From: a virus
Taxonomy: Duplodnaviria > Caudoviricetes
Virus record (IMG/VR): IMGVR_UViG_3300020371_000052
Location: 1 to 25,010 of that record
Length of the DNA stretch: 25,010 nucleotides
Reading direction: 5' to 3' (one strand)
The notes beneath the pieces were generated by a model. It ran no database searches, had not been told where the DNA came from, and saw nothing but the letters and a program-made list of their open reading frames with translations. The translations under genes were made by a program, and so were the position numbers. Shown in pieces: positions 1-8,700 of the stretch. Within the stretch, counting starts at the first letter, position 1, and each line of letters begins with the position of its first letter.

Positions 1-3000
1 CAAAAGGTCTTAGAGCAGGAATCTGATCAAGTGAAATCTTGCCAGACTCTGTAAGTTGAACTAGCTGGTTAGGAACAGCGTTTGTACCATATGGTCTATT
101 GATGTATGGACCAAGGTTGTTGGTAATGTAGTCTCTAACTGCTTTCTGAGTAGGTAGGACTGAGTTACTTGTTCCTGCACCACCAAGAGTGTTATCAGCA
201 GAGAATCCAGTAACAACAACGTCGCCACCTTTCAGTTTCAAGAATTCAACTTCAGAGATGGTAACCGTACCCGTAAAGGTAATAGCACCAGTTCTGTTTT
301 CGATCTGTGCGAACGTACCAACCTTGAAGTCACCAAGTTCGTCAGTACCTGAGCAGTAGACTCTACCGTAGTCTTCAGATACCTGCTCATTAGCAACAAC
401 CTTAGTACCACCGTTTTCAGGTAGTGCAAGATAGTTAGTACCAGAACCTGCAAATTCCCAGGTGTGTGAGGAGGAGTTGACGATAGATGGTCTGTGTAGT
501 CTAACTGTCTGACCAGTAAGAACAGATGTGGATACTGGTAGACCAGTCGAACTATCGGTCAAGTCCATAGGTTGTCCCTGACCATCATCGATGGTTACTT
601 CTGCAGTGAACGGTGGACCAGCACCAACAGCACCTACAGAATCAATGAAGTATTCAATATTGGCATTTGTATTTTCATAACCATCAATCTTGACAACATA
701 GTGCTCAAGTGGTTCTCTACCAAGATTATCAATTGTTAGGATTGCTCTGCCAGTTGGAGTTGCAGATACATTTGTGATTGTACCAACGTCAAATACATAT
801 GCTTCTCTTCTAAATCCAATACCACGGAGAGCGTAGATACCGAAGTTGGTAGCAGAGTTGGTGATGGAACAGTAACCACCAGACTCAGCAAGTACACCGT
901 CAGCACAGAAGATAACAAAGACCGAAACCAACTGGGTGTAACCATCTTCGATAACCTTGTATCCTGTACCACCAAAGGAGACGATGGTGAATGCAGATGC
1001 AACCATCGATTTACCCTGGTTGGGGAACGATGCAGAACCGTCTAGTTCTAGACCAGGGAAAGGACAGTTGGGTTGCTTGACCTTAGAACCATCAACTAGA
1101 GCACCGCCACCACCTAAGAAGGAGATAACAGAAGAGTTCTGAGTGTATGGTGATGCCTCGATGATTGGGTAATCATCATAGTCACCACGGATTGCCATTC
1201 TTACATTATTAAAATCATAGATATAAGAATCTGGATATGTAACAATAGAAGAAATATCAAATAATGTTCCTGTATTTTGTACTGTAGCACCAGGAGCAAC
1301 TGTTCCATCTAAGATGTCTTCTAGTAGACCCATAGATGTAGTGATAGAAGATGCTACATTAGCACAAGATGGATTTGCACTATCTTCTAGGATACTCCAA
1401 TCCTCAAACTTAGGAATTGGGGATGTTAGAGTAATTGGATTGTAAATAATTTTAGTTCCATTTGCTAGAGCACTTGCAAAAGTATGGGTATCAGTATTGC
1501 TTCCTGCTACACCTACATTTGCAGAAACTGTAGTGTTTCCGCCAGAGGTAGAAACATTTGTAATTAAGAAACTCTGACCAAAGTTTGCATCTGTTCTATA
1601 TGGACTTGCATCATCACCAGAAGCACAGTTGAATGTGATTGCACCTTCAGCAAATGCAATCCTATCAGAGTTAGCGACAGGTAGTGTTGATGGTGTTGGG
1701 AAAGTTACTGTAAAAGCACCACTGGTAGGACTATAAGTTGCAGTTGATGGTGTTGTTGCTAGAACATCACCATCTGACCAGTTACGCATTGCATTGACAG
1801 CGTACTCAGCAACTCTTTGGTATGCGTAGATAGTTTCATCTAGTTGGGATGCATCAATACCAGTTAGAGCAGCTCCAGTGAAATATTCTTCGGCATTTGT
1901 TACGATTCCACTATTACCACCTAATACCAAGTCTCTAATCAGACCACCAAGAATGAAATTGATATCACGACGACACTTTCTCTGGTGAATATCAGATAGT
2001 CCTAATAGAGGATATGCATTTTCTGTATCGATAAGTGCTTGGTCTGCAATCAGATCTCTGTTTTTAGCAATTAGATATGCAGCATCTAGGTATGTACCAG
2101 AAGCATTATTAGAAATGACATCTACCCAAAGATATGATAGAGTATCAATTGCCGATCTAACATCATCACAAGCAGGGTTTCCTGCTGTTGATGTAATAAC
2201 ACTGTTGTCAAAGTATCTTGGTAGAGAAGAATACTGAGGAATATATTGAGGATCGCCCGTAGTTCTATTACGAGTTCTCCAGTTACACATTGCATAGATT
2301 GCTAGTTCTCTAGCATACTCAATAGCACGAACATTCTGAATAATTTCATCTTCGATATAGGCAATCTTTCCGCCTACAATGTACTTCTGTGCTGCTTCTA
2401 GGACATTATGGTTAGAACCAAACTCAAGGTCTCTTACAAGAGCATTTAAGAAGTGTACAACGTCTTCACGACACTGGTTATCATCTGTTGGAATATTGAA
2501 ACTTGGATATACTTTCTGTCCATTGTCACACTCTAATAGAATGTCAGCAAGTTTTACAATATCATCTTCCGCAAGACCAGCAACTGGGTTGGTTGTAGTA
2601 ACAACTGCAACACCAGTAGTGGTATGATCATATGAAAATCCACTGATGTTGTATGTAGATCCACCAAATTCAACAGTACCACCACTTATATACGTATGTG
2701 CAAATCTGGAAGTTCCTAAGAAAATTTTAAATGTAGATCCAGAAATATCATATGCAGAAAAATAATCTTTTGAAAACTCCCTGTTAATTCTACCTACAAC
2801 TTCATCTGCAATAAAATCTCTGTTGTTGCGGATGAATACACATGCATCTTGATATCTTCTCTCAACTGGAGTTGCAATCTGGAATGTATTTGGTGAGTTG
2901 AGTAGAGATAAAGTAACACTTCTTGTGTAAGTTTTTACCTGCGCGAATTGTCCTGGGTCAAAATTAGCATCATTAAGTCCAGGAATTTTTTTAGGAATTA

Positions 3001-5185
3001 CAAATCTTCTAGCACGACCATCAGCGTCTTCTAGAACTTTGTAAATTCTTTGTTTTCCATTAAGCATGGAAATATCTGGACTATTGTTTGTGGGAAGTCC
3101 ACTAATTTCAATTTCTTGACCTTCTTTAAATTCGTGGGTATTTTGTCTACCAACTAGTTCGTTAGTGTAGAATACAATACCACCAAGGTCTTCTGAATTT
3201 CCAAACTGCTCATTCTGGAATCCATCTGTAAATGATCCTTGCTGAGAAAAGTCAAGTCTCTGAATAGGAAGAACTGCAGTTACATCGTCCTCAACAGAAA
3301 CAACTTCTCCTTCTGCTCTAATTGACTTGAGGCTAACGGTGTCAACAGTATATGAAGTAGGTGTAGCATCATAGATTAAAATGCCCTCTGCTTGAGTGGT
3401 GCTCCAAGTAGGAGAATTTAGAATGGGAACTACGACGACATCCCAGTAAGTTGGTGAATTTTCATCATCTGGTGTGATGTTTGCTACTTCGTAATAACCT
3501 TGTGAGAAACTAGAATCATCAGTATCATCTAGGTAGATGTAAGAACCACCAGCAATAGTACCAGTAGGATCAGTAGTAATTCTGAATGTATTTTCTCCAG
3601 ATGTTTCGGTAATAGTTAAGGAAAGCGCACTTCCCGTAGCAGCAGAAGTAATGTATCTGTATTGTTCACCCTCAACGAATGAACCACTGGTCAGTTCTAC
3701 ATCAAATGTACCATTGACATATGCACTTGCTCCTGTGGTAGTATCAAATTGTACACCAATTACGTTTGCTCTTGCACCAGTGTTAACACCAACTACTTCA
3801 ATTCCAGTTTGTAGTTGTGACAAACCACCATTTTGCTGGAATCCAACACGGAATCTATCAGGTCCAAAAATTTGATGACCGATTGGGAAATCAACACCGA
3901 AGTCACCATTTACTTCATAGTCTACTAAAATTCTTTGCTTGTCGTCAAAGACCATAGCAAAGTCCCATGTAGAGACTGGATCTCCGTTAGCGTCAACTCT
4001 ATCTCTATAGGTAACGCCAATAACATAGTTTTTATCACCAAACTTGACAATATGTTTGCCAGGATTAGCAGGTCTGATAATTACCAGACGGAGGTTGTCA
4101 CCAACAATAGAACAATCTGGTGGCAATGAAATTGGGTTGTCTTCTACGTAGTCACCACCAGAAACAATAATAGTTTCTTTAATTCCAGGAGTTGACCACG
4201 CTAGTTGCGCTGCCTTCTTAATTGTACGAACAGGATTAACTGCTGAACGACCATCGTTCAAGTCAGAACCAATCTGTTCAGAAACATAGATACGACCACC
4301 AACGTCATTTGTTGCTAGGTTGAGGACGTATTCTGTAGTAGCAATTTTATCAGATCTGTCGCCTAGTAGAGGTGTGATAGAACGTGGAAAATCTCCAGAT
4401 TCTGCAGTTTCGTTATATCTATATGAAGCAGGATTATCTACTCTAAAACCAATGTGCTTGAAATTAACTTCGCCATTGAGTTCAGTGCCGTCTTGGTGTG
4501 TTGGTGCAAGACTTCCAGTTTCCCCTGTATTCAGGGCTTGGTACATATTTTGACCAAAGTATCTGTAAGAATCCTTCTGAAGGATAACGTTAGCAGACCA
4601 GATTTCACCTGTGTTGTTTGCAAATGTCTTGAGATGAGGTGCTCTCATCGCAAGGTCAGGAGTAACAAAGTTATCAATATCCAGGTTTAGGATATTTGCG
4701 GTGTCTGAAATGATAGACGTTGACGTTCTGATTGCACCGTTAATATCAAGTTCATAGTCAACAGTATCACGGAAAGCGTCAGCAGTAGCACCAAAACCAT
4801 TTCCATCGACGGAATTAATAGTTACACTAGGAACAGATGTGTAACCACTACCAGGATTGTTAATAGCAATGTTTACAACACTACCATTGAAGATAAAAGC
4901 AGACGCTTGACATGGAATTCCCGCAGGATCATTTGGCGGTCCTACCTGAACACTAGGAGGTTGTGTATATCCAGCACCACCGTTAGTGACTTCAATGTTG
5001 TTAATTCTTTGACCAGTTCTGTTAATACCAACACGAGGCAGACCCGTATTAGCATCCAATTCAGCACGTAATACTTCTCTCTCTAGAGATCCAGTACCGT
5101 TTCTAATAGTAAGTTCGTTATCACCGATGAGTTTGGGTCTGGAACCTCTAACAAACTCTTTATCGGAATTGATATTAAAACTCAT
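1..5185 (-). CDS. Large tail/fibre-like virion structural protein (>=1728 aa, 3' end outside window) with a split pectin-lyase-like beta-helix, a CBM-like motif and two phycobiliprotein-like helical repeats
   Basis: Not in the ORF track because it has no stop inside the window. ATG at 5185-5183 reads MSFNINSDKEFVRGSRPKLIGDNELTIRNG..., and the same frame reads ...GKISLDQIPALRPF at the left edge. It contains GRIYVSEQIGSDLNDGRSAVNPVRTIKKAAQLA...GGDYVEDNPISLPPDCSIVGDNLRLVIIRP and SPYTQNSSVISF..GGGALVDG..SMVASAFT..GYTQLVSVFVIFC..ESGGYCSITNSATNFG, typical of cyanomyovirus beta-helix structural proteins. A late promoter motif lies about 36 nt upstream. Confidence 0.93.
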   Translation of the reverse strand, partial: MSFNINSDKEFVRGSRPKLIGDNELTIRNGTGSLEREVLRAELDANTGLPRVGINRTGQRINNIEVTNGGAGYTQPPSVQVGPPNDPAGIPCQASAFIFNGSVVNIAINNPGSGYTSVPSVTINSVDGNGFGATADAFRDTVDYELDINGAIRTSTSIISDTANILNLDIDNFVTPDLAMRAPHLKTFANNTGEIWSANVILQKDSYRYFGQNMYQALNTGETGSLAPTHQDGTELNGEVNFKHIGFRVDNPASYRYNETAESGDFPRSITPLLGDRSDKIATTEYVLNLATNDVGGRIYVSEQIGSDLNDGRSAVNPVRTIKKAAQLAWSTPGIKETIIVSGGDYVEDNPISLPPDCSIVGDNLRLVIIRPANPGKHIVKFGDKNYVIGVTYRDRVDANGDPVSTWDFAMVFDDKQRILVDYEVNGDFGVDFPIGHQIFGPDRFRVGFQQNGGLSQLQTGIEVVGVNTGARANVIGVQFDTTTGASAYVNGTFDVELTSGSFVEGEQYRYITSAATGSALSLTITETSGENTFRITTDPTGTIAGGSYIYLDDTDDSSFSQGYYEVANITPDDENSPTYWDVVVVPILNSPTWSTTQAEGILIYDATPTSYTVDTVSLKSIRAEGEVVSVEDDVTAVLPIQRLDFSQQGSFTDGFQNEQFGNSEDLGGIVFYTNELVGRQNTHEFKEGQEIEISGLPTNNSPDISMLNGKQRIYKVLEDADGRARRFVIPKKIPGLNDANFDPGQFAQVKTYTRSVTLSLLNSPNTFQIATPVERRYQDACVFIRNNRDFIADEVVGRINREFSKDYFSAYDISGSTFKIFLGTSRFAHTYISGGTVEFGGSTYNISGFSYDHTTTGVAVVTTTNPVAGLAEDDIVKLADILLECDNGQKVYPSFNIPTDDNQCREDVVHFLNALVRDLEFGSNHNVLEAAQKYIVGGKIAYIEDEIIQNVRAIEYARELAIYAMCNWRTRNRTTGDPQYIPQYSSLPRYFDNSVITSTAGNPACDDVRSAIDTLSYLWVDVISNNASGTYLDAAYLIAKNRDLIADQALIDTENAYPLLGLSDIHQRKCRRDINFILGGLIRDLVLGGNSGIVTNAEEYFTGAALTGIDASQLDETIYAYQRVAEYAVNAMRNWSDGDVLATTPSTATYSPTSGAFTVTFPTPSTLPVANSDRIAFAEGAITFNCASGDDASPYRTDANFGQSFLITNVSTSGGNTTVSANVGVAGSNTDTHTFASALANGTKIIYNPITLTSPIPKFEDWSILEDSANPSCANVASSITTSMGLLEDILDGTVAPGATVQNTGTLFDISSIVTYPDSYIYDFNNVRMAIRGDYDDYPIIEASPYTQNSSVISFLGGGGALVDGSKVKQPNCPFPGLELDGSASFPNQGKSMVASAFTIVSFGGTGYKVIEDGYTQLVSVFVIFCADGVLAESGGYCSITNSATNFGIYALRGIGFRREAYVFDVGTITNVSATPTGRAILTIDNLGREPLEHYVVKIDGYENTNANIEYFIDSVGAVGAGPPFTAEVTIDDGQGQPMDLTDSSTGLPVSTSVLTGQTVRLHRPSIVNSSSHTWEFAGSGTNYLALPENGGTKVVANEQVSEDYGRVYCSGTDELGDFKVGTFAQIENRTGAITFTGTVTISEVEFLKLKGGDVVVTGFSADNTLGGAGTSNSVLPTQKAVRDYITNNLGPYINRPYGTNAVPNQLVQLTESGKISLDQIPALRPF

Positions 5186-5220
5186 GGTGCTATGCCGCCG
5201 CCTATACTTTTCCTATGATA

Positions 5221-5227
5221 TATTTAG
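5221..5227 (-). promoter_or_regulatory. T4-like late promoter variant CTAAATA upstream of the 5185 ORF
   Basis: Plus-strand tatttag at 5221-5227, in the 44-nt gap between the 166-aa gene stop (5230) and the ATG at 5185. Matches the gp55-dependent late promoter core (T4 TATAAATA; cyanophage variants ATAAATA/CTAAATA). Confidence 0.75.
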
Positions 5228-5229
5228 CA

Positions 5230-5730
5230 TCACTGCCATTCGATACTATGCACCTCTGTTGAAACTGCCCACTTAATTACGTTTGTTGTGCCAGTAATTG
5301 TTGTGGTATAACTAAACTTATTTTGCGAACCTAAAGGTTGGATATCCCATGACTGTCCATTTGGAATATCATCCTTAATAACAGTGATCATCGTTGACAA
5401 TAGAGTAGTGTTTCCAGATGCATCAGATGATACTACTGTCTCAAATTTTGCAGAGTAAACATCAGTTTGTGGATTTACCCCAATAATTCTTCCAGTGATA
5501 AAATTGATTGTATTATTATCAATGGGAACTTGTGTTCCAATTGTGTCAAGTTGTAGTGTTCCTGTTCCTACCCCTCTCAGGATATAATTAGAAACTTTAC
5601 CGTCAGCAAAATTTCTGTTTTTTATTTCAAACGTATTGACATCCTTAACGTTTCTCAACTCATCAACAACAACTGTTTTGTCAACAGAAAAACCTGTAAG
5701 AGAATCAAATTTATCGGTAGTGGTTGCCAT
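5230..5730 (-). CDS. Hypothetical virion/tail-associated protein (166 aa, beta-rich)
   Basis: ORF track. Starts 3 nt after the stop of the 1613-aa gene (TAA CAA ATG). Thr/Val/Ile-rich beta-strand pattern and position within a structural operon. Confidence 0.85.
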   Translation of the reverse strand: MATTTDKFDSLTGFSVDKTVVVDELRNVKDVNTFEIKNRNFADGKVSNYILRGVGTGTLQLDTIGTQVPIDNNTINFITGRIIGVNPQTDVYSAKFETVVSSDASGNTTLLSTMITVIKDDIPNGQSWDIQPLGSQNKFSYTTTITGTTNVIKWAVSTEVHSIEWQ

Positions 5731-5733
5731 TTG

Positions 5734-8700
5734 TTATGCCTTTGTAACGTTGGATACGATTGTAACTGTCACATTTTGAGTATTTGTGACATCTGATGTC
5801 AACGCAATATTTAGTTGCGCTTCTGCGTTTGCACTAAATGTGATAGTTGGATCAATTAGAGCAACACCAGTTCTGACCTTACCATATTCTGTATGGAAGA
5901 CATCAGAACCATCATCGATAATACCAAACTCAATAAATTCTTTGTCTCCTGTAGAAGTGTTGTGTGCAACAACTGTAGTCTTTGCTCCCTTAGAAATTGT
6001 GCTATCGTATATAATAGTGTTTGCATTATCTACAGTTCCTTTAACTAGAGTAAAGGCATCGGAACGAATTAAAGTTTGTGCTAGTTCTAACTCTTTTAGT
6101 TCTGCATCAAAAACTTTTACTCCACTGAATGTTCCTGTTCCAAAACCAATATTGAAATAAACATCACCCTGGTTGTCTAATCTCAATACTGGGTCAATAT
6201 TCAAACCAGAAGACAAACCAATATCAAAGAACTGCTTTGTTGAATGTAAGAAAGTTGTATCTGATCTTGTATTGTCTAATGTTGTAGCAGCATTATCAAT
6301 TGTCAGGAGAGATGCAGTAATTTCAAATTCATCTGTAGTTACAGACCTAATAGTATCGATTGAGTAGAAATCTAATCCTGCTGTAGTTAACTGTAAGGTA
6401 TTGTTATTATCATTATAGAAGAAGAGGATATTTTCATTTGCTCCAGGTGCAGTTTCTGGAATAATGAAAGTATTTTGGTCAACGTCTTTAACACCACCAA
6501 GAGAACCCCAGTTCGCTCCATCATATCCTTCAAATTGACTATCAGTTGAATTAAACCTAATAGCACCCTGTACTTCAATTCCTCTATCTAAAGATGAACC
6601 AGCAGGAAGAACAAGTGAAGTAGAAGATTGAATTACAGTTTTCTTACCAGTATTTGGTGCGAAGATAAGATCGCTAACATCTGTAGATACTACATTGTCT
6701 GCAAGTCTCAGATCATTATTGACTCTTAGTGGCAAGTCACCTAGAGGACCGACTCTGAGTTCTGAAACATCCTCAAATGTTATGGGTGCTACTGCTAACG
6801 AATGCCAGCGTAATGTTGATGTTCCATTAACAAAATCATTGCCAGTAGTATCAACAGGTTCAGTTCCATCAGAAGCAGTAGTACCTCCAGTAATTACAAG
6901 ATATAAATTATTTCTGAATTTTAAATATTCTCCTGCAGTTACAGGATTGTTGGAAGCCCAATTTCTGTAAGTTGGATTTGAAAGGTTTGGAGACTTTAGA
7001 GTTTTAGCACTTTCAAAGGAAATATGTGATTGTAAAACTCGAATAGAATTTACATTATCATTAATGAACCATAGTGTATTATCATTTGCACCAGGGGTTT
7101 CTTCTGCTAGAATAGTAGTGTTACCATCTAGGTCTCTGACACCACCAAGAGAAGACCATGATGTAGTAGTTGCATTGTAACCCTCATATTGGTCAGTATC
7201 GGTATTAAATCTAATGGCACCATTTTCTGCATCTGATCCAGTGGGTCTCTGTGCAGTGTTGCCTTTTGGTAGAATTAAAGCACTGGATCCAGTAACTTTT
7301 AAGAGTCTATTAGAAGCACATTCAATATTAATATCATTAGCACCAAGTGCATTGAAAGTTGCACCTGTAATTCTCAACGCACCGTTAGAATCAAAATAGT
7401 TTGTTGTTTTAATGAATCCAGTAGTGGTTAAACTACCAGTTGTTCCTGCTACAGATAGAGCTGCATTTGCAGCAGAAATAGCAGCAGAGAAGTTTACATT
7501 TGGAGAAGTTACTTCTAAATCAGTAGTTCCATTGTTAATTAATGGAACACTCATTGTAGTATTTACTGTTACATCACTTGCAGTTAAATTTGTGCTTGTG
7601 GCATCAGTAATTGTCGCATTGGTTGCTTCTAGATTTGTTGTGGTAATTTTTTCCTCAACATTATCAAGTTTAATTGGAGTAGATGTATCAACAGTTGCAA
7701 CAACAAAAGATGCTCCAGAACCAAATACTTTTGGATTATTTAAATCTACTGTTAGTAAAATTTCGTCGTTATCATAACCACCTTCGTTTGCATGTGTATC
7801 AGATGCAGTAGCACAATAATAATATAGACTTGGTGTGGCATCTGTTACTTTAATAGTTAAAGAGTTGTTTGTTCTAACAACTCCATCTGTATACTCTACA
7901 CCTCTAATAGTTAAATCTAATCCAGATGATGTGATTAGAGCATTAGTTGAAATGGTAATTGTGGTTGCATTGACAACACTTTCAACAGTAGTATTATCTG
8001 GAATGCCAGAACCTGTGTTTACTGTAATTGCCATTCCTGGTAAAATGCCAGCAGAAGAACTTACAGTAACAGTTTTAGACCCTGCGGTAACATCAGCAGT
8101 AATATTTTCAACTAAACTTGGACCCCAAATACCATCTCTAAACGTACTTAATGCAAAGACATGAGACGAATTAGAACCATCACTTAAATCAAATGTGTAT
8201 GTATTTCCAGAATACAATGTGATAGATGGGTTTGCATCTCCATCTAGTAGATAACGATAACCAAGTGTAGCAGTATTTGTTGTATAATCAGTTGTACTTC
8301 CTTCTACTTGAATATCATCTCCACTACTAATAGTCATTCCAGCGACTATAATATAATCAATATTTCCACCAACTTCTTTTACTGTAAGAACATCATAAAA
8401 GTTAGTTCCATCGCTAGATGGTGTTACTCTGTCTGACTCTGTAATAGTTCCCGCAGCGAGCGATGTTGCAAAATCAATTTTATAAATTGATGCGTTTGTA
8501 ACAGCAATAGAAATTGGAGAAACTAAATCGAATGCATTTACAGTTAAAGTATCAGTTTCTTCGTATGAAATTCCAGGATTATCAACAGAAATACTTTCAA
8601 CTTCTCCTAGATTTTGAATCTCAAATTCAAAAGCAGGAGATCCAACACCAAACGGAGGAGTAAATGTTACATTAGTAACACCAGAAGCAGTTACTTGTGC

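Noticed and set aside
238-1002. Minus-strand ORFs 238-453 and 736-1002 (similarly 6387-6578, 15882-16094, 21293-21490)
   Set aside because: These are alternative-frame ORFs nested inside large genes, with Leu-rich off-frame composition. The main frames are uninterrupted, so no frameshift is needed.
1180-3930. Intein or intron as the explanation for the large insertion in the beta-helix
   Set aside because: I saw no intein N-terminal C/S block, C-terminal HN-C/S/T or LAGLIDADG motif. The frame is continuous and the insert consists of structural-type domains.
7560-7566. GTAAATA late-promoter-like motif
   Set aside because: It is non-consensus and deep inside the 1613-aa gene, with no nearby downstream gene start.
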